64,000 nucleotides of DNA from Ranitomeya imitator (Eukaryota), in contig NC_091286.1 of assembly GCF_032444005.1 (NCBI RefSeq), positions 586,520,001 to 586,584,000 on the forward strand. Reading direction: 5' to 3'. Below the pieces are notes generated by a model. That model saw nothing but the letters and a program-made list of their open reading frames with translations. It did no database searches and had not been told where the DNA came from. A program made the translations under genes and the position numbers. This document shows positions 1-11,545 of the stretch, piece after piece. Positions within the stretch are counted from its first letter, which is position 1. Each line of letters opens with the position of its first letter.

Positions 1-44
1 CTCCTTTACCCTGTGTAATACTTTTCATGTCGATCTTTGTGCAG

Positions 45-242
45 CTGAAGAGTCAGCTTACCCAGGCCGAGCTCTCCTACAGCAGTGTCCTAGATGGGAT
101 GAAGAAGGAGATCTCTCAGCTCACAGAGGAGCTGCACCAGAGAGACACCGGCATGGCCTCCTGTAGCTGTGTTGCCAAAGACTGGGAGAGGAAGATTCAG
201 GCTGAGAAAGAAAGAGCGGACAGAGAAGCATCAGAGCATAAA
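45..242 (+). CDS. CEP63: CEP63 internal coding exon (coiled coil, LKSQLTQAEL...EASEHK)
   Basis: ttgtgcag|CTG acceptor and AAA|gtaggt donor; 198 nt, phase 0-0, open heptad-like frame; chains in phase to the diagnostic CEP63 last exon. Confidence 0.85.
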
Positions 243-683
243 GTAGGTGCCAATATTAAAGAGGTCATAAGGATAAAAAGCATGGTTCTTCTATAGTTTT
301 TGGGCTTCTTCCTGAGGTTTGACCTCTAGGTCCCCTATCCATCCCTAGAACAGGGCTGTCCCATCTGGAGTGGAGCTTTTGTGTTCATTGTCTATGAGAC
401 TTCTGGAAATAGTACAGCGCTCGGATATTTCTGCCTGTAGGATGGAAAGAGCCATTGATTACGAGGGGCAAGCTTACACTGGAGGAGTTTCCAGACCAGG
501 TCTTATCAAGCTTTGTTTGCTGAGGCCTCACCGGAGCTCATAGTCCTTGCCAAAATGAATCACAGAATGTTGAGGCCTATTCTTCGGGAGCAATCAGCAT
601 GTCATTGTGGTGGTGTTCTCTCGCTCTCTTTCATATTTATTCATCAGCTCATTTTGTTTTGTATGCAATTTTATTGTTTGAAG

Positions 684-770
684 GTTTCGTTGGCAGCTCT
701 TGAGACCTTGCGAGAGGAGAACCGGCAACTGACTGCGACGTTGGAGAGACAAGAGCCAGAAGTGCGTCTG
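684..770 (+). CDS. CEP63: CEP63 internal coding exon (VSLAALETLREENRQL...EVRL)
   Basis: ttgaag|GTT acceptor and CTG|gtaaga donor; 87 nt, phase 0-0. Confidence 0.85.
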
Positions 771-943
771 GTAAGATGGAGGCCCCGCCGTACTGTACAC
801 ACAAGACACCTACAAATGTTATTGCCTCTTACATTGCACCACTGCGTAATGAACAGAGTAGGAATTGACTTTGGCTTGTTATAGCTTTGCGTTGCATCGT
901 TTCCATTTTGTGCATTTTTGCCCCATGTTATTTACATTCTCAG

Positions 944-1062
944 GCATTAGATAACCTGGAGTGTGAGAATCAGAGACTACAGAAAGAATTGTCACAGGCC
1001 AGGAGAAATCTGGAGCTCGTCCTGCACACCAGGCAGACTGACATCCAGAGTGCCGTGGAAAG
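944..1062 (+). CDS. CEP63: CEP63 internal coding exon (ALDNLECENQRLQKEL...SAVER)
   Basis: ttctcag|GCA acceptor and AG|gtaaga donor; 119 nt, phase 0-2; coiled-coil composition. Confidence 0.85.
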
Positions 1063-1210
1063 GTAAGAAAACCTAGCTCGCTGTCAACCCCTTATCAGAC
1101 CAAGCTGATAGCATAAGCCTTGTGGGGGGTATTGAACTATAAAAAAAAATCAAAAATCCAACTTCACAGTTCTAATATCTGCCTGCGTTCTGCAGAAACT
1201 GAAGTGTAAG

Positions 1211-1489
1211 CAAATATTCTAATTAGGGTGCTTGGTGCACCTTGGGTGTGGCTGAGGGGCTCCGCACACTGTTCCTCCCACTGGTTTTGCATGTCTCTGC
1301 CTCCTTCCTTGGCGATTGACAGTTCTGGCTTGCCTAGAATGGGCTCTGTCTGCAGAGAGAGCTCGGGCACGCCAGTAATGTCGATCACCAGTGAGGGAGG
1401 CAAAGATACGCAAATTCATTAGGTGGAACATTGCACTTAGCCTCTTGGCTACACTCAGGGTGCACTGAGCATCCTAATTGGCATATTTG
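1211..1489. mobile_element. Degenerate MITE-like inverted repeat
   Basis: ~49-bp imperfect inverted arms (caaatattctaattagggtgcttggtgcacc... / ...gggtgcactgagcatcctaattggcatatttg); no TSD identified. Confidence 0.4.
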
Positions 1490-2284
1490 ATTTTTTCACA
1501 GTCAGTTTAGCTGACAGCCAATTTTTTGTGCTTAAGTTTTTATTTTTCTTCATTCGAAAAGCCAATACTTTTTTTATCTTTACCTAGGCTTAGCCTTACG
1601 TTGCCTTATATTTTGCAGGACAAATTGTAGTTTGGATTAACATTATTCATTTTACTGTACAAAGTATTGAAAAATGGAAACAAATTCCAAGTGCACTGAA
1701 ATGGTGAAAAATGCCTTTTGGGTTATGTTTTTCCGGCTCTTATTGTGTAGTAAATATTTATTGTTTTTTTTTTTTTTCGGACTATGAGACGCACTGAGGT
1801 TTTAGACGAGGAAGATAGAAAACAAAATTGAAGCAAAAAGTGTGGTCAATTCTGTACGAATATCCCCCTTTCTGGCATATATATATGTCCCCAATCGAGG
1901 TATACATGGCCCCCTCATCCGCATCCTGGTATACATGGCCCCTTCATCCCCATCCTGGTATACATGGCCCCCCTCATCCCTATCCAGGTATGTATGCCCC
2001 CCCTCGTCCCTATCCTGGTATACATGGCCCCTTCATCCCCATCCTGGTATGCATGGCCCCCCTCATCCCTATCCAGGTATGCATGTATGCATCCCTATCC
2101 TGGTATACATGGCCCCTTCATCCCCATCCTGGTATATATGGCCCCCCTCATGCCTATCCAGGTATGTATGGCCCCCCTCCTCCCTATCCTGGTATACATG
2201 GCCCCTTCATCCCCATCCTGGTATACATGGCCCCCCTCATCCCTATCCAGGTATGCATGGCCCCTTCATCCCCATCCTGATATA

Positions 2285-3891
2285 CAGTGGGGCAAAAAAG
2301 TATTTAGTCAGTCAGCAATAGTGCAAGTTCCACCACTTAAAAAGATGAGAGGCGTCTGTAATTTACATCATAGGTAGACCTCAACTATGGGAGACAAACT
2401 GAGAAATAAAAATCCAGAAAATCACATTGTCTGTTTTTTTATCATTTTTTTTGCATTTTATGGTGGAAAATAAGTATTTGGTCAGAAACAAACAATCAAG
2501 ATTTCTGGCTCTCACAGACCTGTAACTTCTTCTTTAAGAGTCTCCTCTTTCCTCCACTCATTACCTGTAGTAATGGCACCTGTTTAAACTTGTTATCAGT
2601 ATAGAAAGACACCTGTGCACACCCTCAAACAGTCTGACTCCAAACTCCACTATGGTGAAGACCAAAGAGCTGTCAAAGGACACCAGAAACAAAATTGTAG
2701 CCCTGCACCAGGCTGGGAAGACTGAATCTGCAATAGTCAACCAGCTTGGAGTGAAGAAATCAACAGTGGGAGCAATAATTAGAAAATGGAAGACATACAA
2801 GACCACTGATAATCTCCCTCGATCTGGGGCTCCACGCAAAATCCCACCCCGTGGGGTCAGAATGATCACAAGAACAGTGAGCAAAAATCCCAGAACCACG
2901 CGGGGGGACCTAGTGAATGAACTGCAGAGAGCTGGGACCAATGTAACAAGGCCTACCATAAGTAACACACTACACCACCATGGACTCAGATCCTGCAGTG
3001 CCAGACGTGTCCCACTGCTTAAGCCAGTACATGTCCGGGCCTGTCTGAAGTTTGCTAGAGAGCATTTGGATGATCCAGAGGAGTTTTGGGAGAATGTCCT
3101 ATGGTCTGATGAAACCAAACTGGAACTGTTTGGTAGAAACACAACTTGTCGTGTTTGGAGGAAAAAGAATACTGAGTTGCATCCATCAAACACCATACCT
3201 ACTGTAAAGCATGGTGGTGGAAACATCATGCTTTGGGGCTGTTTCTCTGCAAAGGGGCCAGGACGACTGATCCGGGTACATGAAATCATGAATGGGGCCA
3301 TGTATCGTGAGATTTTGAGTGCAATCCTCCTTCCATCAGCAAGGGCATTGAAGATGAAACGTGGCTGGGTCTTTCAACATGACAATGATCCAAAGCACAC
3401 CGCCAGGGCAACGAAGGAGTGGCTTCGTAAGAAGCATTTCAAGGTCCTGGAGTGGCCTAGCCAGTCTCCAGATCTCAACCCTATAGAAAACCTTTGGAGG
3501 GAGTTGAAAGTCCGTGTTGCCAAGCGAAAAGCCAAAAACATCACTGCTCTAGAGGAGATCTGCATGGAGGAATGGGCCAACATACCAACAACAGTGTGTG
3601 GCAACCTTGTGAAGACTTACAGAAAACGTTTGACCTCTGTCATTGCCAACAAAGGATATATTACAAAGTATTGAGATGAAATTTTGTTTCTGACCAAATA
3701 CTTATTTTCCACCATAATATGCAAATAAAATGTTAAAAAAACAGACAATGTGATTTTCTGGATTTTTTTTTTCTCAGTTTGTCTCCCATAGTTGAGGTCT
3801 ACCTATGATGTAAATTACAGACGCCTCTCATCTTTTTAAGTGGTGGAACTTGCACTATTGCTGACTGACTAAATACTTTTTTGCCCCACTG
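2285..3891 (+). mobile_element. Full-length Tc1-family DNA transposon (IR/DR type, ~205-bp TIRs)
   Basis: TA TSD (2283-2284 / 3892-3893); near-identical TIRs beginning cagtggggcaaaaaagtatttagtc; intact transposase ORF. Confidence 0.97.
2652..3674 (+). CDS. Intact Tc1 transposase, 340 aa, DD34E
   Basis: Paired-like HTH N-terminus; [19 protein letters not shown]...SPDLNPIE with 34 residues between the second D and E. Confidence 0.95.
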   Translation: MVKTKELSKDTRNKIVALHQAGKTESAIVNQLGVKKSTVGAIIRKWKTYKTTDNLPRSGAPRKIPPRGVRMITRTVSKNPRTTRGDLVNELQRAGTNVTRPTISNTLHHHGLRSCSARRVPLLKPVHVRACLKFAREHLDDPEEFWENVLWSDETKLELFGRNTTCRVWRKKNTELHPSNTIPTVKHGGGNIMLWGCFSAKGPGRLIRVHEIMNGAMYREILSAILLPSARALKMKRGWVFQHDNDPKHTARATKEWLRKKHFKVLEWPSQSPDLNPIENLWRELKVRVAKRKAKNITALEEICMEEWANIPTTVCGNLVKTYRKRLTSVIANKGYITKY

Positions 3892-4604
3892 TACATGGCC
3901 CCCCTCATCCCCATCCTGGTATACATGGCCCCCCTCATCCCCATCCTGGTATACATGGCCCCCCTCATCCCTATCCAGGTATGTATGCCCTCCTTGTCCC
4001 TATCCTGGTATACATGGCCCCTTCATCCCCATCCTGGTATACATGGCCCCCCTCATCCCTATCCAGGTATGCATGGCCCCTTCATCCCCATCCTGATATA
4101 CATGGCCCCCCTCATCCCCATCCTGGTATACATGGCTCCCCTCATCCCTATCCTGGTATACATGGCCCCCCTCATCCCCATCCTGGTATACATGGCCCCC
4201 CTCATCCCTATCCAGGTATGTATGCCCTCCTTGTCCCTATCCTGGTATACATGGCCCCTTCATCCCCATCCTGGTATACATGGCCCCCCTCATCCCTATC
4301 CTGGTATACATGGCCCCCCTCATCCCCATCCTGGTATACATGGCCCCCCTCATCCCTATCCTGGTATACATGGCCCCCCTCATCCCCATCCTGGTATACA
4401 TGGCCCCTTCATCCCCATCCTGGTATACATGGCCCCCCTCATCCCTATCCAGGTATGTATGCCCTCCTTGTCCCTATCCTGGTATACATGGCCCCTTCAT
4501 CCCCATCCTGGTATACATGGCCCCCCTCATCCCTATCCAGGTATGCATGGCCCCTTCATCCCCATCCTGATATACATGGCCCCCCTCATCCCCATCCTGG
4601 TATA

Positions 4605-6256
4605 CAGTTAGGGCCAGAAATATTTGGACAGTGACACAATTTTCGCGAGTTGGGCTCTGCATGCCACCACATTGGATTTGAAATGAAACCTCTACAACAG
4701 AATTCAAGTGCAGATTGTAACGTTTAATTTGAAGGGTTGAACAAAAATATCTGATAGAAAATGTAGGAATTGTACACATTTCTTTACAAACACTCCACAT
4801 TTTAGGAGGTCAAAAGTAATTGGACAAATAAACATAACCCAAACAAAATATCTTTATTTTCAATATTTTGTTGCAAATCCTTTGGAGGCAATCACTGCCT
4901 TAAGTCTAGAACCCATGGACATCACCAAACGCTGGGTTTCCTCCTTCTTAATGCTTTGCCAGGCCTTTACAGCCGCAGCCTTCAGGTCTTGCTTGTTTGT
5001 GGGTCTTTCCGTCTTAAGTCTGGATTTGAGCAAGTGAAATGCATGCTCAATTGGGTTTAGATCTGGAGATTGACTTGGCCATTGCAGAATGTTCCACTTT
5101 TTGGCACTCATGAACTCCTGGGTAGCTTTGGCTGTATGCTTGGGGTCATTGTCCATCTGTACTATGAAGCGCCGTCCAATCAACTTTGCAGCATTTGGCT
5201 GAATCTGGGCTGAAAGTATATCCCGGTACACTTCAGAATTCATCCGGCTACTCTTGTCTGCTCTTATGTCATCAATAAACACAAGTGACCCAGTGCCATT
5301 GAAAGCCATGCATGCCCATGCCATCACGTTGCCTCCACCATGTTTTACAGAGGATGTGGTGTGCCTTGGATCATGTGCCGTTCCGTTTCTTCTCCAAACT
5401 TTTTTCTTCCCATCATTCTGGTACAGGTTGATCTTTGTCTCATCTGTCCATAGAATACTTTTCCAGAACTGAGCTGGCTTCTTGAGGTGTTTTTCTGCAA
5501 ATTTAACTCTGGCCTGTCTATTTTTGGTATTGATGAATGGTTTGCATCTAGATGTGAACCCTTTGTATTTACTGTCATGGAGTCTTCTCTTTACTGTTGA
5601 CTTAGAGACAGATACACCTACTTCACTGAGAGTGTTCTGGACTTCAGTTGATGTTGTGAACGGGTTCTTCTTCACCAAATTAAGTATGCGGCGATCATCC
5701 ACCACTGTTGTCATCCGTGGACGCCCAGGCCTTTTTGAGTTCCCAAGCTCACCAGTCAATTCCTTTTTTCTCAGAATGTACCCAACTGTTGATTTTGCTA
5801 CTCCAAGCATGTCTGCTATCTCTCTGATGGATTTTTTCTTTTTTTTCAGCCTCAGGATGTTCTGCTTCACCTCAATTGAGAGTTCCTTTGACCGCATGTT
5901 GTCTGCTCACAGCAACAGCTTCCAAATGCAAAACCACACACCTGGAATCCACCCCTGACCTTTTAACTACTTCATTGATTACAGGTTAACGAGGGAGACG
6001 CCTTCAGAGTTAATTGCAGCCCTTAGAGTCCATTGTCCAATTACTTTTGGTCCCTTGAAAAAGAGGACGCTATGCATTACAGAGCTATGATTCCTAAACC
6101 CTTTCTCCGATTTGGATGTGGAAACTATCATATTGCAGCTGGGAGTGTGCACTTTCAGCCCATATTATATATATAATTGTATTTCTGAACATGTTTTTGT
6201 AAACAGCTAAAATAACAAAACTTGTGTCACTGTCCAAATATTTCTGGCCCTAACTG
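4605..6256 (-). mobile_element. Full-length Tc1-family DNA transposon (second, different family)
   Basis: TA TSD (4603-4604 / 6257-6258); 35-bp identical terminal repeats cagttagggccagaaatatttggacagtgacacaa plus inner DR-like sites near 4803 and 6031; intact ORF. Confidence 0.97.
4860..5897 (-). CDS. Intact Tc1 transposase, 345 aa, DD34E
   Basis: WTDETK, KHGGG, QMDNDPKH...SPDLNPIE (34 spacing); no stops. Confidence 0.95.
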   Translation of the reverse strand: MRSKELSIEVKQNILRLKKKKKSIREIADMLGVAKSTVGYILRKKELTGELGNSKRPGRPRMTTVVDDRRILNLVKKNPFTTSTEVQNTLSEVGVSVSKSTVKRRLHDSKYKGFTSRCKPFINTKNRQARVKFAEKHLKKPAQFWKSILWTDETKINLYQNDGKKKVWRRNGTAHDPRHTTSSVKHGGGNVMAWACMAFNGTGSLVFIDDIRADKSSRMNSEVYRDILSAQIQPNAAKLIGRRFIVQMDNDPKHTAKATQEFMSAKKWNILQWPSQSPDLNPIEHAFHLLKSRLKTERPTNKQDLKAAAVKAWQSIKKEETQRLVMSMGSRLKAVIASKGFATKY

Positions 6257-8261
6257 TACATGGCCCCCCTCATCCCCATCCTGGTATACATGGCCCCCCT
6301 CATCCCTATCCAGGTATGTATGCCCTCCTTGTCCCTATCCTGGTATACATGGCCCCTTCATCCCCATCCTGGTATACATGGCCCCCCTCATGCCTATCCA
6401 GGTATGTATGGCCCCCCTCCTCCCTATCCTGGTATACATGGCCCCTTCATCCCCATCCTGGTATACATGGCCCCCCTCATCCCTATCCAGGTATGCATGG
6501 CCCCTTCATCCCCATCCTGATATACATGGCCCCCCTCATCCCCATCCTGGTATACATGGCCCCCCTCATCCCTATCCAGGTATGTATGCCCTCCTTGTCC
6601 CTATCCTGGTATACATGGTCCCTTCATCCCCATCCTGGTATACATGGCCCCCCTCATCCCTATCCAGGTATGCATGGCCCCCTCATCCCCATCCTGATAT
6701 ACATGGCCCCCCTCATCCCCATCCTGGTATACATGGCCCCCCTCATCCCTATCCTGGTATACATGGCCCCCCTCATCCCCATCCTGGTATACATGTCCCC
6801 CCTCATCCCTATCCAGGTATGTATGCCCTCCTTGTCCCTATCCTGGTATACATGGCCCCTTCATCCCCATCCTGGTATACATGGCCCCCCTCATCCCTAT
6901 CCAGGTATGTATGGCCCCTTCATCCCCATCCTGATATACATGGCCCCACTCATCCCCATCCTGGTATACATGGCCCCCCTCATCCCTATCCTGGTATACA
7001 TGGCCCCTTCATCCCCATCCTGGTATAAATGGCCCCCCCTCATCCCTATTCAGGTATGCATGCCCCCCCTCGTCTCTATCCTGGTATACATGGCCCCCCT
7101 CATCCCCATCCTGATATACATGGCCCCACTCATCCCCATCCTGGTATACATGGCCCCCCTCATCCCTATCCAGGTATGCATGGCCCCTTCATCCCCATTC
7201 TGATATACATGGCCCCCCTCATCCCCATCCTGGTATACATGGCCCCCCTCATCCCTATTCAGGTATGCATGCCCCCCCTCGTCTCTATCCTGGTATACAT
7301 GGCCCCTTCATCCCCATCCTGATATTCATGCCCCCCCCCAACCCCATCTTGGTATGCATGACCTATATCAGAAAAACCTACAATAAAGCATTAAACATCC
7401 TACTTGCCTTCCCTGTGCTCCCTCTCACTGCTTTGGGGTCTGCGTTGGACTACTCTACTCTATCCCTCTGTTCCCTGGTCAAGGGTGATTTTTCTATATT
7501 TTGTCTGAAATACCAGAGCATTTCAGAAAAAAAAAATCATGCTGCCTGTGGCTTGATCAGCATGAACTGACAGATAGGTTCCTTTTAATGACTGATGAGT
7601 ATTTGTTTTTGACAATAAGTTATCATGAGGCTTGGTTTCATGCCAGACAAATTGTTTTATTCTCAGGCACTGGTTTAATGTACATATAAATCATTGGAAA
7701 TCATAAATCACACCAAATAACCCGTTAAATTAATTCACCTGGTCATGACTTTTTTTTTATTTTTGTATTTGATATGTATTTTATTTGAAATATACTGTGT
7801 ATATAATTTTTTTTCTTTTTTCTTTGTTCTTTTGGATTTTTACATAATTTTCACCCCAAGAGATCAGGAAGACATCTGGGGAACATATATATTTTTATAT
7901 TGTGCATTTTTCCACTGTAACTGGAGCATCCGTAGGAAACCCAGTTACAGGGGAAAATAGCCTCCTGCTGTGCTGGACTGGATCTGCTAGCACCAAGCAT
8001 CTTTGGTCTTTCTGGGCAGCCACCCGGCGGTCCTACAGAAGCATCGGCCTTTCTCCCCAAGCACGGAGTGGCTTGGTTTATTCCTGCTTCTGCCGCCTTC
8101 TCCCCAGGGTCCTGCGCTGTGTCTGACAGCTGGGAACAAAACCTTACCCTACTAGATTGCAGATTCTTTAACCTTGAGCTGTAAATGTACAGTTTTGCAG
8201 AGTTGATGCCCAGAATGAACAAATCTTGAGACGTTTGGTCCTTATGAGGTTAATAGTTTAA

Positions 8262-10597
8262 CCCTCCGTCACATACAATATTCGGACTAACGAGTTCACA
8301 TACAATGTGCCTGTCAGGCGCCTGCTGGAAAAATACCTATAATATCTAATGTTTGCAATTTCAGAGCTCTAAAAGTGATCAGTGACCTTCATAGGGATGT
8401 AATAAAAGAGACTACACATAATCAGTTGCAAAAAAAAACATTTACTTAACATAAAACTAATAACTATGAAATACAAACTTTTCAAAACTCCCGCCAAATA
8501 GTCCCCAGTTCGACTCTCTCAAAAAAATGTACAAAGAAAATTTTTGAACACAAACTTAATTTTAAGGTACCTTAAGTACTATTAAAAACATATTCAATCA
8601 GAAGTAGATGCTGAGGTTTCCCCAGAAAAGTCACGCTTGCAGAGCAAAGAGCAAGAATTACACACCATTTTTGCATGTGTCAGGCAAATTGCTTTATGAC
8701 ATTTGAGACATTCATAATTTGAAAGCATTCTGGTTCCGCTTTCCGTTTGGCAGGTGGTGCAGCTCCTTCTTTTGTGAGGTGGTGCAGATGGTGACTTTTC
8801 ACCATCATCTTCTGGGCGGAACCTTTTGAGCTGAACTTGAAGGCGAGAGGGGATACCGATAGTTTTCACGCTTCTCCTGCGTAGCTCTCCAAGTACTAGT
8901 TCATGGGCCGATTTTTTCAGATACAATCGTCTACGGAGTGGTTCAAGATTGTTTTCAAGATAAATTACTTGTGAATTTATACCACCCAAATTCAACATAG
9001 CAAAAAATATGACCATTGGCCAGCGTTTGATGTTTCTGCTGACGTTGAAAGTGGAGCACATCTGATCTGCTGTATCCACACCCCCTTTGGTGGCATTGTA
9101 AAATGTAATTATCACCGGTTTTTTTCTGCCCCAGTCCCAGGATCGATGGCAGCATCATCATGAAGTGTTGATAGAAGAAGTACGATTTTTTTGGCATGTG
9201 GTACATAGGAAACTAAAGCCTTTCCATTATGGAATGCAAACATACTGCTGTACTGTTGTCTCTCTTTCACACTTACAAACTGTGGCGGCAATTCCCTTTT
9301 GTTTTTTCTTACAGTTCCCACATATGACAGCTTCTGAATTTTCAGATAATCAATCAGATCACAACTTGTAAACCAATTGTCAGCTGTAATATTGCGACCC
9401 GATCCAAATAAGGGTTCAGCCAGTCTTTTTACAACATCAATGGGTTTGTTGCTCACACAGTAAGGACCTTCTGGTTGTTTTCCTGCATAAACTTCCAGGT
9501 TGTAAGTGTAGGTCTTACTGGCATCAACAAGGGCATAAATTTTTATCCCATATTTGTTTGGCTTTGATGGAATATATTGACGAAAGGCACATCTACCACG
9601 AAAACCAGGGAGCATTTCGTCAATAGTGAGATTCTCTCCAGGGTAATAACTTTGTTTACAGTTTACAACAAATCTTTGAAATATATCACGAATTGGAGCA
9701 AGTCGGTCATGTGTTTTGCGTTCGGTTCGGGTAGTTCTGTCGTCAAACCGAAGGCAACGAATTAGAATCTTGAATCTGTTTATGGACATAACCAGGCTAA
9801 ATTTTTCAACTCCATCCCCATCTTTACCCCAAAGTTCCTCCAAACTTTGTCTATTTGCCCTATAAGCTCCTGCAAGGTACAGTAATCCAAAAAAAGCACG
9901 CAGTTCTATTTCATCTGTGGGCTTGATGGTTCTGTTGCAGATGTACTTGTCCTTTATAATGTCTATATATTGGTTGGTATATGTGACAATAGAGTCCAGA
10001 ATGTCATCTGTAAATATACTGTTCCAGCATTCAACTGCAGTTTTTGCATTACGTGCAGTTCCTATTACTGCAGGAAGGTGAGTAATAATGTTTAAAGGTT
10101 CCCTACATTTTTTCTGGAATGGCTTCTTGTTCCATTTAGTATTTTTATCTTTTCCAATATAATATGATCCAACTTCTTCATCCTCACCACTGTCACCATC
10201 TTGCTCTGTTTCAGAATCCAGGACACATTCTTCCACCTCATCATGAGAATCAATCTCACTTTCCTCTCCTAAATCCTCATTCAGTGTGAGGTCTCTATCA
10301 TCTAACAGCATGTTTGTTACTTCCTCAACATCAAGTTGTTTGGATAAATTGTACATTTAAAACATAAAATACCAACCTTACTGAATGTGACGTATTCACA
10401 TACAATGAGCCTGAGAGATCTGTGCAGCTATATCCTCTCCCCTGAAGCTCTGAAATCCAACTGTGATATCAGGTTTCACAGACCTTCAAGAGACAGGAGA
10501 CTACCTGGAGGGAGGTGGTTTCCTCACAATCTGGTGAGGAAGGAGAAATGAAAGTAAAAGAGAAGCGCCTGTCAGATCAGTTGTATGTGACGGAGGG
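8262..10597 (-). mobile_element. piggyBac-family transposon, near full length
   Basis: TTAA TSD (8258-8261 / 10598-10601); 17-bp TIRs ccctccgtcacatacaa; DDD transposase with C-terminal Cys-rich domain. Confidence 0.97.
8594..10356 (-). pseudogene. piggyBac transposase (~587 aa if repaired) broken by one frameshift in an A7 run at ~9119-9125
   Basis: ORFs 10356-9112 (LTIDEML, ITADNWF) and 9115-8594 (KGGVDTADQM, CxxC...CxxC...CxxH...CxxC) join as EKKPVIITFYN if one A is added. Confidence 0.9.
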
Positions 10598-10720
10598 TTA
10601 AACTCTGCTCTTTAATTTTATGCTCTTCCATTGAGAAATCAGCAGAATAATATTTCTTCGTAAGTAATTAAAATGCGTTCTGGCCACAATCTCTCTTCCA
10701 GTTTGTCTGTAATTCTGTAG

Positions 10721-10943
10721 GAGGACACAGGATCTGTTGGACAGACATGAGGACGAGCTGAAGGCACTGAATGAGCGTCTGAATGACGTATCGCAGCGGT
10801 ACGAGGAGCTGCGGCAAACGGCAGGCTCCAAGCAGGAAGCTGCCGGTGTCCAGCAAGGATCCAGTAGGCCAAGTTCTCTGGAGCACAAGTCTTCTGAACT
10901 TCACAAGGTTGATGATGGAAGTGCTGAAGATTCCTGCCAAGAG
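10721..10943 (+). CDS. CEP63: CEP63 penultimate coding exon (RTQDLLDRHEDELKALNERL...DSCQE)
   Basis: ttctgtag|G acceptor in phase 2 matches the 1062 donor; GAG|gtgata donor (weaker, so the 3' boundary is less certain) gives phase 0, matching the last exon. Confidence 0.75.
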
Positions 10944-11545
10944 GTGATACTATAACCTGTACTCATCACTTTCATTTTCTTCCTACCATTCTGTCAGTAG
11001 AGGTCACAAAGTCCAATGTGACTAGTGCGGCAGCGCATGTGTGATCCACCTCAACTTTCACTGGTGATGGCCTTTGGGAGTAGTAGTCGGCGTGTTTGGA
11101 GCCCTAGTCATAGATGCACACTAGTGCCCAACTGAGACATTATTGTGATCAGTGCGTGTGGGGTTTTTTAGTTACGTAGGTCCCACCAAACCATACGTCT
11201 GTCACCTGCCCAGAGGATGGATGGTAATTGTTGGTTTTGGGATAAAGCCTTTGAATGTATGCTTGCACTGTTATCAGTTTTTAGGTTCACCCCCCCCTCC
11301 ACTATAGTTACTGTACAACTTCATATACCGTACTGTTCAGAACACAAGAAGAACCTTACTGTAAGACTCTTCGCACTTTTGCACATAAAAAATAGCAAAA
11401 AATGTTTTCTTAGAATTAAAACCTCCCTGTTGGTGTAAATAAGTCAAGGGGTCAGTATCAATGAGCAGAAGCCATTAACACCATTATGAATACTTTTGGC
11501 TGGTCCTACTAGTGTTCTTCTGCATCATGCACATAATGCTCATAA

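Larger units (their letters stand above)
1890..7355. repeat. 29-30-bp minisatellite (ccccatcctggtatacatggcccccctcat), split by two Tc1 insertions
   Basis: Directly visible tandem units with recurring variants (ccctatccaggtatgtatgccc...); source of the Pro/His/Gly-rich artefact ORFs. Confidence 0.95.

Noticed and set aside
1828-7570. Pro/His/Gly-rich ORFs resembling extensin or collagen-like proteins
   Set aside because: Translation of the 29-30-bp minisatellite in all frames, interrupted by Tc1 insertions.
7851-8222. GC-richer 123-aa ORF as a possible extra CEP63 exon or small gene
   Set aside because: No recognisable homology or clean splice pair, and the flanking CEP63 exons already join in phase 2 without it.
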